64,000 nucleotides of DNA from Halocafeteria seosinensis (GCA_001687465.1 LVLI01000279.1:1-64000); one strand, 5' to 3'. Positions 10,632 through 23,361 are shown, counted from the first letter of the stretch. Notes: generated by a model from the sequence alone, not told the origin. A program made the numbers and translations.

Positions 10632-11789
10632 TCATTTTAAGTTCTTCAGCAGGAAAACATCAAAACGAACGCTCTTGCCAAGCACAGAAAATGAGGGGGG
10701 ATAGTTCTTGCCGCCCCGAGACAATTTCAGGTTACTCTTCTTCCGAGGTAGTTTTATGACTATCCTCTCCTTCGCTAAACACGAGGCCAACTCCAGCAGT
10801 CTTTGGGATTCCGTCTCTAATAATGGTTGTATTTGGTTGCGCGGGTATGAATCCGATTCTAACCTGGAGCTGGAGGTCTCAAAGTCGCAAATGCCCTGAA
10901 GGAATTGGGAGTCCTTCTTCGAAGCTGCATTCCTCCCTGAACTCCATGTCGAGAACATGGGGTCAATAAACACGACATCCGGAGGAAATGAAATACCTTT
11001 TAGTTGGCGGTCATCAGGAACAGCCCCAAGTACACCTCGTCGGTGTACTATTGGCAGTATTGCAGAACCAGGAGAATGGGCTATCGATTGTAGCTCTGAG
11101 GCGTCCATACAGAAGAGCTCACTAGCCGCTAAAGCAGGGACTTGAATCTTTGGATCCCTGCTCTCTCGAAATCGGAGTAGAGCATCGTATAAAAGTGCAC
11201 TGACGGTGGGACTCCGTTCAAACATTCCCACCGTACAACCGAAAGAGGCCATCAAGAAACTATCGCGTCCGAAACCCGCTGTTAGATCTGCCACTTTTAG
11301 CGCTGACCCATCTCTCCATCCGATGGCTTTTATCAACTCAGGAACTCTTCGATGAGCTGAATCTACTCGCCGAACGTTCGTAGTACTCTTAAAGTCAACC
11401 GAATAGGTAGCTGCTTTGGGGAACCCCTCACTAGTGCTCCTCTTGCTGTGCTCTAGAGCTCTTTCCAAATCAGCGACTTTTAAAATGAGGTGGTCCGCGC
11501 TATCTTGGTACAAAACGAACCGTGTTCCATTGTCCAGCAAATCCCTCCAGCTTTCGTCTGGAGAGGTGTTAGGAATGTGTAGTGTCTGGTGCGCCACTTG
11601 CTTAACCTTTTTCGCTCGTTTGATATCCGAGACACTATTTCGCGAAAGCGGGTTCCCACCGGCGCCGGGATCATTCTTGAGAAATACACTAGCTCCATTC
11701 TTCTGGGAGATGGTTGCTAAGAGCCTGAATGACTCCCTTCTCTTTGAAAACACCCATGAAGCCGTGCGCTTCGCAGCAACTGAGAGCAT
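10632..11789 (-). CDS. rsmJ: RsmJ (YhiQ)-like SAM-dependent SSU rRNA guanine-N2 methyltransferase, intronless, with N-terminal extension
   Basis: Motifs match RsmJ: VADLTAGFGRDSFLMASFGCTVGMFERSPTVSALLYDAL, PDVVFIDPMF, AKERIVIKLP, GKSVRFDVF. Confidence 0.85.
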   Translation of the reverse strand: MLSVAAKRTASWVFSKRRESFRLLATISQKNGASVFLKNDPGAGGNPLSRNSVSDIKRAKKVKQVAHQTLHIPNTSPDESWRDLLDNGTRFVLYQDSADHLILKVADLERALEHSKRSTSEGFPKAATYSVDFKSTTNVRRVDSAHRRVPELIKAIGWRDGSALKVADLTAGFGRDSFLMASFGCTVGMFERSPTVSALLYDALLRFRESRDPKIQVPALAASELFCMDASELQSIAHSPGSAILPIVHRRGVLGAVPDDRQLKGISFPPDVVFIDPMFSTWSSGRNAASKKDSQFLQGICDFETSSSRLESDSYPRNQIQPLLETESQRLLELASCLAKERIVIKLPRKKSNLKLSRGGKNYPPSFSVLGKSVRFDVFLLKNLK

Positions 11790-12401
11790 TCTAGGAGTTC
11801 ACGGCATTTTCCAATCCTTTGCGGGCTCATCACCCACCATGATCTCGGGTATGTCTATTCCATCGACAAATTGACGACAATCCAGTGGGATGGGCTTTGG
11901 TTTGGGGTAAGCTGCTCGCATGAGCTTCACAAGTAGTCCGGAATCCGTTGGAAAGAACCGTGCTTCCCCAATCCCTTCATAAGCAAAGCTTTGCTGGTTT
12001 TCATTAAACTATGTGCCCGTTCCAATGAAACAACTCCTTTTCTCATCACTCACTTGAGTGTTTTGTCCCGAATGTGAGTTGTGGGAGTTGCACGCCAAAC
12101 GTTGCTTGTACCGGGAACCAGCGTTGACTCGACGGTTGAACCTTAGGTAAGACGGGATCATTGACGGTGTTCCATTTATTTCGTTGAGCAGATTCCAAAA
12201 GGGCGGTAACATTGTGCCCAAAAAATGCTTACGTTGCCTTTGAAAGCATAGCAATCGTTGTTGCTGAGGACGTGGTCCGTTGGTTGTGCAAAATCACGTC
12301 CAGGGATGCATGTTTCTTACATTGAGCATGGAAGTTGTAGCTAGGCACACACAGTCTCTATTTGACGCTCCCTGGCAATTACAGATAGAAGTCCATACAG
12401 C

Positions 12402-13488
12402 ATGGGAGGCGTTTGTTGTGGAAATGGCCTTAAGAAGTCGCTGTTGCAACGCTATCCGAAAACAATAAGCTTCTTGCGGATGCAACCGAAATTAGGAGTG
12501 TTTATATCCTTTTTCAAAAAATACGATTACAGTAAGTCTTGCTGGTTGGCTCGTGGTCCCTGGTCCTCGGTATGATCTCTGCGCATCCTGCAGATCAATC
12601 AGGCACCCTGAGTCTTGTAGAATTCCTAGATTCATGCGGTACGCCACACAGGAACTACATATGCCTTCTCACTGATTGTACTAAGAACTTGTACAGATCT
12701 GGAGCGTAACCGATTCACTATCAGAGTCTTCTCAGGAGGAGACACAGACACCTCCGGAGAGATTGTACGTATCCGCAACCAGCACTGTCCTGCCTTCGTA
12801 AAGCAGCACATGACACTAAAACGCAGGACTTTCGGGAGCTGTTATTCACAGTATGGAACGTTTGTAAGACCACAAGTAGCTACAATTTGAGGGAACCATG
12901 CCGCTTGTAATTAGCAGTTTTCTCTGCAGGCACACTAGACCGCGATGGTCTCGCCGTCTATACATTCAAATTATACGACGTCGAAGATGCGGGATACATA
13001 GGTAAAGCAAAGAGTCCTCTAACATAAGAACTGTGCGGTAGGTGTATACCGTCTCTCCCCTGTGGTCACGCAGAAAAAGAGCTGATGCGCACGATAATGC
13101 AAGACCTGTACGGCAAAAAGAAGATGGGGACGAAGACCATTCAGACCTTGCTTGATAAAGTGGACAGTCATTGTGGCGAGGTAAGACCGGCCAAAGCAAG
13201 GATCCATGCACTTCAAGTATTACACTGTTTACCAACGAGGCCACGCAGACTGTGAGTTTAGCCACGTTTGCCGAATTTTGCAAGGCTCATACCTCGATGT
13301 TATTGCCGGCCTTTAATTTGCAAAGAGCACTCAGGAAGTCATTCTGCGGGGAGCAATACTGGGAAAGTATGACTGTCTGGAGAAGAACCAACAAGGACCA
13401 GAAGTTTGCCTACACAAATTGGAGACACCTCCAGCAAACCCTAATGGAACTTGACGAAGCAGTCGTTGCCAGCAAAAAAAAGTCATGA
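12402..13488 (+). CDS. EF-hand Ca2+-binding protein (calcineurin-B/NCS-like) with predicted N-terminal myristoylation/palmitoylation; ~7 exons
   Basis: Spliced reading: MGGVCCGNGLKK...KYDYNQSGTLSLVEFL...DTDTSGEIDFRELL...FKLYDVEDAGYIEKE...LLPAFNLQRALRKSFCGEQYW; all junctions GT-AG and frame-consistent. Confidence 0.8.
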
Positions 13489-13573
13489 TACCGATAAGCG
13501 CAAATACAGAGCCTTCATAATGTCGAAAACAACAATATACAGTAGGTACAACACATTTGGTGTAGAATTCTTT

Positions 13574-14811
13574 CTACAGGATCTCCTTTATCTTTTCTAC
13601 TTGATCACTCGTCAACGACTTAGGGAAATCAATGTGAAATTTCACATGCAGATTTCCATGCTGAGAAGGAAAATTATGATGAGGCATACCTTCACCCTTG
13701 ATCGTCTGGGTTTGGAATGGCTTGGTTACGGAACTTCGCTCCACGACGACCTCTCGACCATCCAAGTGTTTAATAGTCTTCCTAAAGCCTACCAGTGCTT
13801 CTCTAAGTGTGATATGCATCTTGTGGTGCAAATCATCTTCTTGGCGATCAAAGGTATGATGCTTCTGTTGCTTCAGTTTAAAAATGACATCTCCGGGTAT
13901 CATAGCCGGTCTCTGTTCACTCTCTCGTTCGAAGACGATCTCGGAGCCATCCCTCATTCCCTTTTCTACTGTCGCAGTGAGAAGCTTCGCTTCATTCTTA
14001 CATTTCTCCTTAGATGGTACTTCTTCTTGCATTTGAACAGTAAATCCCGGTGCCATTTGCCTCTGTACTGTCTTCACTTCCGGAGGACATTGTTTGCACT
14101 CCTTGCATTTCTGAGAGTTGGGCTTATTCGCACAACCTCGACATATAACGTTCCTAGATATGCGCGCAGATACTTGACCACCATTATACATATCCTCAAG
14201 GGATACTCCTACCTCTACATGGGCGTCTCGCCCTTTATTCTGGTTCCTCTTTTGACCACCGCCACCGCCAAAGAACATATCTGTATGGGTGTCGAACAGC
14301 TAACTAGGACACCGGACACCCGGGCAGCATCAGCGTTGCTTACCAAAAGGACTCGCCGGTTGTTGCTGTTGTTGATCATTTTGTTTAACAGCTTCCTCTC
14401 CTCCTGTATCGTATAGAATACGCTTGTCAGGATCAGCTAACACCTGCATAGAGTCACGTTCAGTGCGTTGGAGCAGTCGTCTTCTCGCCCAATAGCTGCT
14501 CCTCTCATACCTCATACGCTTCTGCCACCTCTGAAAACTTCTGAGCGGCTTCCTCATCATCCGGATTTTTATCTGGATGGTACTTTAAGCTCAGTTTTCT
14601 GTAGGCTTTCTTGATTTCGGCGTCTGAAGCGTCTTCCGCCACTCCCAGAACTGCATCCAGAAACAGAGTTCAAACACACGAGCACATCAATGAGACTCCC
14701 CAGTAGGATACAATACAATCACGCATACGTACTCTCGTAATAACTCTCCCCGGCATAGGCTACGCCATACAGCATAATGGCCAGAAAAGAAAGGAGTAAA
14801 AAAGCTCTCAT
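13574..14811 (-). CDS. DNAJB11: ER DnaJ co-chaperone (ERdj3/DNAJB11-like); 4 exons
   Basis: Signal peptide [21 protein letters not shown]-domain YYEILGV...[20 protein letters not shown] region; Cys-containing DnaJ C-terminal domain ([25 protein letters not shown]). Confidence 0.88.
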
Positions 14812-15412
14812 CTTCCCTTGTTCTTCTGTTACTACTTCTCCTCACTGACAGTCTTGATGCCACCAAACTACGATAAAAATGTATACATATATAAACTAAC
14901 TAACGCCCCTCCTTGTTGTTTGTCCTGTGGTCGAATACAGCCGGATAAGGGAATGAGCAAGGGTATCAACACCACCGCGGAAGGAAATTCTTTTTGATTT
15001 GTTCTTTTTCTCCTACTGTACTCTTTTCTCCTGTATGTATATCTACTCCAACTCTGTGTATCTTGGACAGAGTATCCAACCGCAATACTGAATAGTGGTA
15101 TAGATTGAAAATATGTGGTATTGAAGGACTACGCAGGAGGTGTCTCTCGTTGAGACCAGGTAGTCCCGGCGACACGTGTTGCCCCTCGAGCAAAGGACCA
15201 CACAGAGAACCGAGCTGTATAGACAGCAGGTAGTTGTTGTATTCAAAAATGAGACAAGAATGTGCAGACAGCACAACAAGGGTCCTGGAACCATCGTTGG
15301 AAAAACAAAATCATGTGTATTACATACAAAGGCAGTGGAGCAGGAAATTGGGCTCTTGCTGGGACAACGACGCAAAATAGGGCGAAGTAGTCGTAATGTT
15401 TCGCTTTAAACC

Positions 15413-17856
15413 CTACTTCTTATCACGTTCAGCCTCTCGCACTAATCTGTCGCCCTTGTCCTGGATGTTCGCATGCACCTCGGCCGCTTTACGTTTCATG
15501 TTCGCAGCGTACGTACCGTCCCAGGTGCGCAGGACGAAGTTCATGGCTCTGGTAAACCAGCTGTGAAATATTAGGAAAAAGAGAGCAGCAGCGGTTACCA
15601 AGGCAGACGCCATTGCTAAATTGGTGGTGACTTTGCATGTGAAGAGTCCGTTGCATAAGCCATTCGTGTTAAAAGACGGTGGATCGGGCTCTCCATTGCC
15701 ATCCCACGACCCTTCCTGGGTAGTTTGCATGACGTCTGCATAAGGGGCGTCGTAAAGCCATCTGAGTATGCCGGGAACGATTATTCCAATTACTGGAAAG
15801 ACCAGAGTAAGAACAGTCGTGGGCTCCACGAAAGCATCAGGGGCACGGAAGAAATAGAAGAATCCGGTAAAAATGAGAAGAGTCCAAGAACCAGCTAGTT
15901 CGAGGAGGGTAAACTCCAGTTTCGGCCACGTGTAGATGAGAGTGTATAGTATGTAAGTTAATATCATCCAGACAACGGCGGTAAGATTGAGCGGGAATTG
16001 TGTGTGCGTAAAGTTCAACGGGACCTCCGTTACACTGCGAACTTTTGCTCCCACAATTGTGGTTTCAAGGGTCGCATGACTTCTTGTTTGTCCACCGTAG
16101 TCGTCGTCGTTACTGTAGTAGTCGTCAAACTGGCCGTCAAAATTTCTCCCAATTCCGTTGGAGTTGTCCTTCTTGTAGTTGCGACCGTTGTAGTTATCAT
16201 CGTTATAGTAGTTATCATCGTTGTAGTAGTTATCATCGTTGTAGTAGTTATCATCGTTGTAGTAGTTATCATCGTTGTAATAGTTATCATCGTTGTAGTA
16301 GTTATCATCGTTGTAGTAGTTATCATCATAGTAGGCGTCATCATCAGCATTTGACGACTCCATGCTAACAAACTTACAGTAAGACGCCCCACTCACACCT
16401 CGGGATTTACTACCGTTGACATACACATAATTGTATGACGCGATGATGGCTTCCGTCTTTCCATATTTCAAGGTATACTGTACGTTATCTCCATTCAGAA
16501 AGACTGAAGGTGTTCCTTTATCTGTCGGTACTCGAGCAACGAGAACAGACTCGGTTGGTTTGAGGCAATTGGGGCACTCTTCCTTGCTCCAACTGAACCC
16601 CACGGTTGCAGCAGATTCAGACGAATCGCCAACGTAGTCAAGAAAAATGACGCGGTCTGCAGGAGGTGCATTCTTGATATCAAGCTTCGGAACTTGAGAT
16701 TTGAGTCTTGCTTCTACTTTCAACAAGGGATACGTCTTTTCATTAACGAGAAGTCTTCTTCGAATGGAAGTCATTACCGGTGCACTCAGATTTTTCACGC
16801 CAAGAAGAGGTGAGTGTTGGTCCCCGAAATATAATTTCGGTTGCAGCGGCATGTCATGCTCAAATTTCAGTTGCGGTACCAAAAGTAAGCCAAAGACAAT
16901 CGCAGATATGAGGATCATCTGCCCAAGTTTCTCAGTATACACCGAAAGCTCTTCGTGGCTGGGATCGACTCTACATAAACGGATGCATCCCCCCGGGGAG
17001 TAAGGGTCGTCCGCTCTACGGGGAGGTTTGAAGCCACCAATAATTCTGTAAATCTGCAGTCATCCAGCTGTATTTTTAACAGCATTCATAGAATCTATTT
17101 GACATCTTTGCCTATCATACCTGCTGAGTCAAAAATAAACCCAACTTTGCGAAGAAGAACCCGGCGAGTCGGGCTCTGTCCTCTAGACTCCTGTCAAATT
17201 GGGTGATGGCGTGTTTTCCCGATGGAGCCACAGTAATAGCCATTATCAACAGAGAAAAACTGGCTGTAGACACCAATACTAATTGGGCAACTGGTTTCTG
17301 CACTCAGGAGAGACTCAAACACTTTCAGTGTTCTAACCCATTCCAACACGTACAAGTGAGTACAGTGTTCTTACTCTGTCTAGCAGGCTACTGTAAGCCT
17401 GCAATTTCTGCATGAAACCTCTTCCTCTGGCGCATGCAACAAAAAACGCAAACGAGATGCATACAGTCATGTGAATAAGATTGATCGCCAACGTGAAGAT
17501 AACAGTCGGAGCGCGGGATCCTGATCTGACCAGCTCTAGATAGTAAGCAGTTCCCAGCACGGGTATGAAAACATTGAAGACGAGGTCGAGTAGAGGCTTT
17601 AAATAGGCATCATAGCACGGTTTCCAACGATCTATCGTAGGTTTGAGACACCGTCGGTAGCAGAAAGTTGGAGTACATTTCTGAGGTTCTTCAGCATCTT
17701 CGTATTCGGGTTGCACTTCCCCCATGGTGACATACGGAGCCTGACCATTATCGTCTCCCTGTAGCAGCAAAAACAGTTGGTTCTAGGGTATCGAATCTAG
17801 ATCCCGTTTGCACATACCTCATGATGATCGGTTTTCTCTCCTGACAGGAAGTACAT
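15413..17856 (-). CDS. Uncharacterised multi-pass (~9 TM) membrane protein, paralogue A, with D/N/Y-rich repeat; 4 exons
   Basis: MYFLSGEKTDHHE|GDDNG...SLLDR|KPVAQLVLV...FLTQQ|IYRIIGG... joined by GT-AG introns into ORF 15413-16942; collinear similarity to 18469-20886. Confidence 0.8.
16187..16334. repeat. 18-bp coding minisatellite, ~8 units, encoding (NDDNYY)n
   Basis: tagttatcatcgttgtag repeated with few synonymous changes. Confidence 0.95.
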
Positions 17857-18468
17857 TTTACATGCATGAGAGTATGTGTTATCAACTTCGAAGGAGAAGA
17901 ACGATTTCTGAAGTTTTATTTGGAAGATTTAGCAGTATGTTCGGGAAGAGAAGCTCCTCAAATAAGCACCAAACAAGCTCTATCCTAGAAGAATGGCCAG
18001 TGGGTTAGAGGGAAAGGTGTTAGGGGCAGTGTACAGGCACGAAAAGACCCTGGAATTGTGTGAACTACTGTATGGCGTTGACTTTCGAACTGTTCTGCAG
18101 TTCCGTTACGAGTCACCCCTGCGACTGCTTCTTTCAATAAACATTTCTGAAAACATGCTTTTTTCTACAGTATGAGTTTTCGGCTCTTGTTTTCTTGTCC
18201 TGTATTGTGTGCTGCCAGCCAATACTACACTAATGCACACGCGAATATTTGCTTGTTTACTGTCCTTCAAGAGCACAAATAAGCAATACGAGAAACAGAC
18301 CAAGTAGGTAGGGGTATATCGCTAATAGTAACAGCGCTTTCACGTCAAACTAAGAAAAATAGTCTAACATGTATATCGTGTTGGAAGAAGCAGAACAGCT
18401 TTATCCACCCTGGGACCAAGGCTTTAGAAAAATAGCTAGCCTTGGTAGGAGTAACGCTAGACTCATCC

Positions 18469-20886
18469 CTACTGCGCTGATGGCTTGCCTCGGGATTCGG
18501 GGCTTTCGGCTTCTTGGATCAACCGATCGCCCTGATCTTGAATGCTTGAATGGACTTCTTCAACTTTCCGTTTCACGTGTCGAGCGTATGTTCCATCCCA
18601 AGAGCGCAAGATGAAGTTCATAACTCTGGTAACCCAGCTATGGAAGACCAAAAAGAACAGCGCAAGGCTGGTGACCACAGCGGATGCCATAGCCAAATTG
18701 TTCGCTGCTTTGCAAGTGTAGAGTCCGTTGCATAGTCCATTGGTGTTGAAGGTCGAAGGGTCAGGATTCTGGCCATTCCCGTCCCAAGATATTTTGTGAG
18801 TTGTTTCCATTAGCTCTGAGTAAGGGGAATTGTACAGCCATCTATAGATCCCGGGTACGATTATTCCAATTATCGGGAAGACTGAAGTTAGTATTGTCAT
18901 GGGCTCGATGCTTTGGTAAGGGCGGTACGCGACATACGTAAAGGCGCTGAAAATAAGAGCAGCCGAATTAGTGGCGAATCCAGCAATGGTGAAATCCAAC
19001 CGCGGCCATTTGAAGATGACAGTGTACACTATGTAGGTCAAGAGCATAATGACAACTGCGGTAACAGTAGTGGCGAAGAGAGGAGAATTAAAGGTAAGAG
19101 GCACCTCGGTCACACTGCGAACTTTCAATCCCATTAGTGAAATTACAAACGTGGACTCTTCCGTTGGACCATTGGAGTAGTAGTCATCATTGTAGTCATC
19201 GTAGTAGCCGAGGGTATTTAGGTCGTCCTTGTAAATGTCATCGTTGTAGGGATCATCGTCATAGCCGCTTTCCCCTTTAATGATAAAGAACTTGCAGAAA
19301 GAGGCGCCGCGAACACCACCAACGTCAGTTCCGTTAACATAGACGTAGTTGTATGAAGCTATAATGACTTGCACACCGTCGTAATCCAAGGAATATTGCA
19401 GATTACCTGGATTTAGATACGGTGAAGGGAGTGTTTTGTTTATGGTTGGTACTCGAGCAACCAGGTAAGACTCATTTGCATTCCTCCAACTGATCCCCAC
19501 GGTCGTAGCAGATGCAGAGGAGTCATCAACGTAGTCAATATAAACGACTTGTTTGGCAGGAGGGGCGTTCTGTACATCTAGGGTTGGAAGCTGCTCTTTG
19601 GACTTTACTTCAGCTTTCACCAAAGGATAACTCTTCTGCCCTGGGATAACAAATTGTCTTTGTATGGAAGTCATCACTGGTGGACCTCCCATTCCAGTTA
19701 TTTGACGAACAGGTGACTCTTGATCTGGGAAAGTTGCTGTAGGAGGTGATGGCATATCGTTCTCATACTTCTGCTGTGGCAGAAGCATTAGAACGACACA
19801 GATCGCGAATACAAACACTGCTTGTCCAAGCTTTTCAGTATATACCGATAGTTCAGCCTGGCTACGAACAATTGCGCAAGGTTTGATGATTCCGCGGTAG
19901 TTATCGTTTCGCGTTTCGAGAGGAGGATTGAAACCGGCAGTAATTTTGTACATCTGGGTATGAAGGAAACCTGTCCACTACCAAACAGCGTTCGAGTAAG
20001 CAGTGTCATCGACAGTCATACCTGTTGAACGAAGAAAAACCCCAGTTTCGCGAAGAAGAACCCAGCGAGCCGGGCCCTGTCTTCCAAAGTCCTATCAAAA
20101 TGAGTAACAGCCCACTTTCCCGGCGGGGCCACTGTCAGTGCCATTATCAGTAGAGAAAAACTGGCACTAGACACAAGCACTAATTGCGCTACGGGTTTCT
20201 GTGGTGAGCAAAAAAGGAAGAGTTGGTCACTGCTTGCATAATTAAACCAGAGATATCTAAATTTGGACTGACCTTGTCTAGTAAATTGCTGTAGGCTTTT
20301 AGCTTCCTCATGAAGTTGGCTCCGCGGGCGCATGCGACGAAAAACGCAAAAGAAACACACACAATCATATGAACCACATTAATCACCAGGGGAACTACAA
20401 TGGTTGCATCTCGAGATCCCGCATTAACAAGTTCCAGGTAGTACGCTGTCCCTAACACTGGTAGAATTATTTGGAAAACGAGATCCAGCAATGGCTTGAG
20501 ATATTCATCGTAGCATGGCTTCCAGCGTTCCATTTGAGGTCTGAGGCATTTCCGGTAGCAATATGTCGGTGTGCAAATTTGAGGTTCCACATCATCGAAA
20601 TGATCGTCCTCGACTGGAGGATTTAGGGGAACATTGGGGCTTACAGTGCCATACTGGCCTCCTGCACTTTCCTGACCTTGAGCGGGAATTAAGCGAGCAT
20701 TGGAATCTACAGCCCCAAACTGACTTTGTACACCCTCCTGATCCTGGGCGGGATCAATGGGTACAGTGCCCTCGGCACCTTCCTGAACTTGAGCAAAACG
20801 GATCTGTGTTTGAACCAGAACGGCAGTCACATGCATGCACACACCTCCTTATAATCGTGACCCGCCCCTTGAGATGCAAAGTACAT
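18469..20886 (-). CDS. Uncharacterised multi-pass (~9 TM) membrane protein, paralogue B; 4 exons
   Basis: MYFASQGAGHDYKE|...NLLDK|KPVAQLVLV...FFVQQ|MYKITAG...; same intron positions and conserved blocks (LEDRARLAGFFFAKLG, ASYNYVYVNG, SWDGNG..FNTNGLCNGL.TCK, R.WDGTYA) as paralogue A. Confidence 0.8.
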
Positions 20887-21822
20887 GGCTCCAAGAAAAA
20901 AAAATGGAAGCAAAATAACACTAGTTCCAGGAAACAGAACCGATCTGAAGCCAACGCCGCCTGCTGGTCCGACTACGGCGACTACCCCAAGACGTACTCA
21001 GCTCTTGTCCGAAAACCGATGGTGCGCCGTCGAGAAATGGCCAACAAACAGAATGAATTACATTGTTGGAAGCGAAAACAGAACTTTTTGTTATGTGAAC
21101 TACAGTAGGGAGGCTATGGAACTGTTCTCAAACGAGTCGTTCAACAGTTCACGAAAGATCCACTTCCGAACAGTGCCGTACAAGTCCTTTCCACCGACAC
21201 GTATCAGACCTTAGATGAAGCAGAAACTGAAGGCGAATGAACGCAGCATCAGGTGTACTAGCTACAGAAAATGGAGTCTATCGCCCGGTAATTAGCGGTT
21301 CTGTTGTATGACTGATGGTTGCCAAAATAAAAGATCCAAGTCATTGTTCTCCAACTAGCACAGCATTCAGCGAATTAGTGAAATCGAATGAAGAGGCGTG
21401 TTTTCATTTTGTTGCGTTCATGCAGATGTTAGAATCTAGTGAATACTATGCGCCCCATTGCAGTGCATCAAAACTGGTACACAACGATGTAGTGACCTCT
21501 TCCATTGAGTTTGGAAAAGCCGGAGAACACTTTATATAAAGATTTAGAGACAAGCTTCCCTGAGATTTGTTCATGACATGTGCATAGTGCAAGACATCAT
21601 GCATGAGTATAAATATCCATTGATATTGCAACGTGTGGCTGTCAGCCTGTCACCTACAACATTACATGCCACAAACGAGCTTCACAGAAACGGTGATGCT
21701 CCACTCACGAAGCACAAAGAAGTTCTGAAGCGTTGCCGTTCATATGGATTGAATCTTTATTTAATTTCCCTTGGCGTATCTCAATGTGACGCGTGCCGTC
21801 AGTCTTAATTGCTTAAAGGAAC

Positions 21823-23361
21823 ATGGCAGCAGCAGGAGCAGCAGTTGCGACTTCGTCCCCACACGAAGTGAACGATGAAAATGCGGTGTATAGAGAGCTC
21901 CAACAGCCATCTGCATCGCAAAAACATCACAACGAGAATGTCATCACGGACCTAGTAAGTCCCTGCTCCCAGTGTCTCGAGCCGGGAAAAACAGAGATTA
22001 CCACCACCTCCATACCACATTACTTACAAGGACGTCAAGTCATTGTCCTGACGTTCAAGTGTCCAGAATGCGGCTATCATACAACTCACGTTCAAGAGAC
22101 GGAGTGCCAAGACAAGGGCCTACGTTATGAGTGCACCATCAAGGAGGAGAGCGACTTACAAAGACGAATTGTAAAGTCGAAACATGCGAGCGTGCAATTT
22201 CCCGAGCTGGAATTCGAAATACCCGCAGTGACACAGCAAGGTGTGTTCACTACCCTTGAGAACCTGATGACTTCAGCCGCTGAATCCTTAGAAGAAGGTC
22301 AGCCGCTTCGACGAAGCGTCGATCCAGAAACTGCGAGTAAGTTGGATGACTTTATCGGACGACTTAAGATGGTAAGGACAGCCATTCACAACAGGCACAG
22401 GTGCTAGTGACATTTTCGTCGACTAACAGTATGCTGCAGGTGCGAATGTTCCGTTTACAGTAGTCATTAACGACCCATCGGGTAACTCGTTTATAGAGGA
22501 TAGAAGGGGAACGGATGATGATGACCCGCAGCTCGTCTTGACATTATATTCACGGACCGCCGAGCAAGAAGAAGAAGTGAAAGGGGAGGGCCAGAGCGCA
22601 CAAGTAAGATTCTTGGGTTGCTCATACACTTTTCGTATTGTACTTTTGAAATTCTCAAATGGACTATTGAATGTGCAGGACAGCCATTTTTCAGGACAAA
22701 CCGGGAACTCACACACAGCAGCAGTGACAAGCTACCGGAAGAGGTGATGAAATTTCCAGTGGAATGTTACTCCTGCAGTGAGGCGGGAGAGATGCGCGTA
22801 TGCATAACTGACATACCCCACTTTAAGGAGGTCATTATAATGACGTTTATCTGCGAAGAATGTGGATGGAAGAATGTGGAGATTAAGAGCGGTGGTGCCA
22901 TACCAGAAAAGGGGCGCAAGGTATCTCTAAAAATGGAACCTGGAGAGACCATGGAGATAGATCTCCGGCGTGATTTGATCAAAGGAGATAAGGCGGCGGT
23001 GTGGATTCCCGAATTAGATATCGAGCTCGAGGGTGGTACCCTGGGTGGTATGTACACGACAGTTGAGGGTCTGTTGCACGCAATTAAGGAAAACTTGGTG
23101 GATTCCAGTCCGTTTTCTTCGTCACAAGAAACCTCTGCACCGAAAAAATGCTACGAATCATTTATTAGGAGCATTGAGCGAGCAGCTTTAGGCGAGATTT
23201 CCATTACTCTGTGTATTATTGACCCAATGGCCAACTCATTCATCGCTGATCCAACAAATAGTGGGTCTCGCTTGCTAACAGAGGAATATGTGCGCTCTGC
23301 AGAGGAGGACGAAGCATTGGGAATTACTTACATGGATAGAAACGACGCGATAGAGGACTAG
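21823..23361 (+). CDS. ZPR1: Zinc finger protein ZPR1 (two C4 zinc finger/ZPR1 modules); 3 exons
   Basis: CSQC...IPHY...FKCPECGY, FPELEFEIP, TTLENL, DPSGNSFIE; second module CYSC...DIPHFKEVIIMTFICEECGWKNVEIKSGGAIPEKG, GGMYTTVEGLL, DPMANSFI. Confidence 0.93.

Noticed and set aside
13451..14416. 321-aa plus-strand ORF
   Set aside because: Antisense to the well-supported DnaJ gene; no recognisable motifs.
15998..16392. Poly-V/I, poly-T and YHRCSS ORFs
   Set aside because: Alternative frames of the 18-bp NDDNYY repeat.
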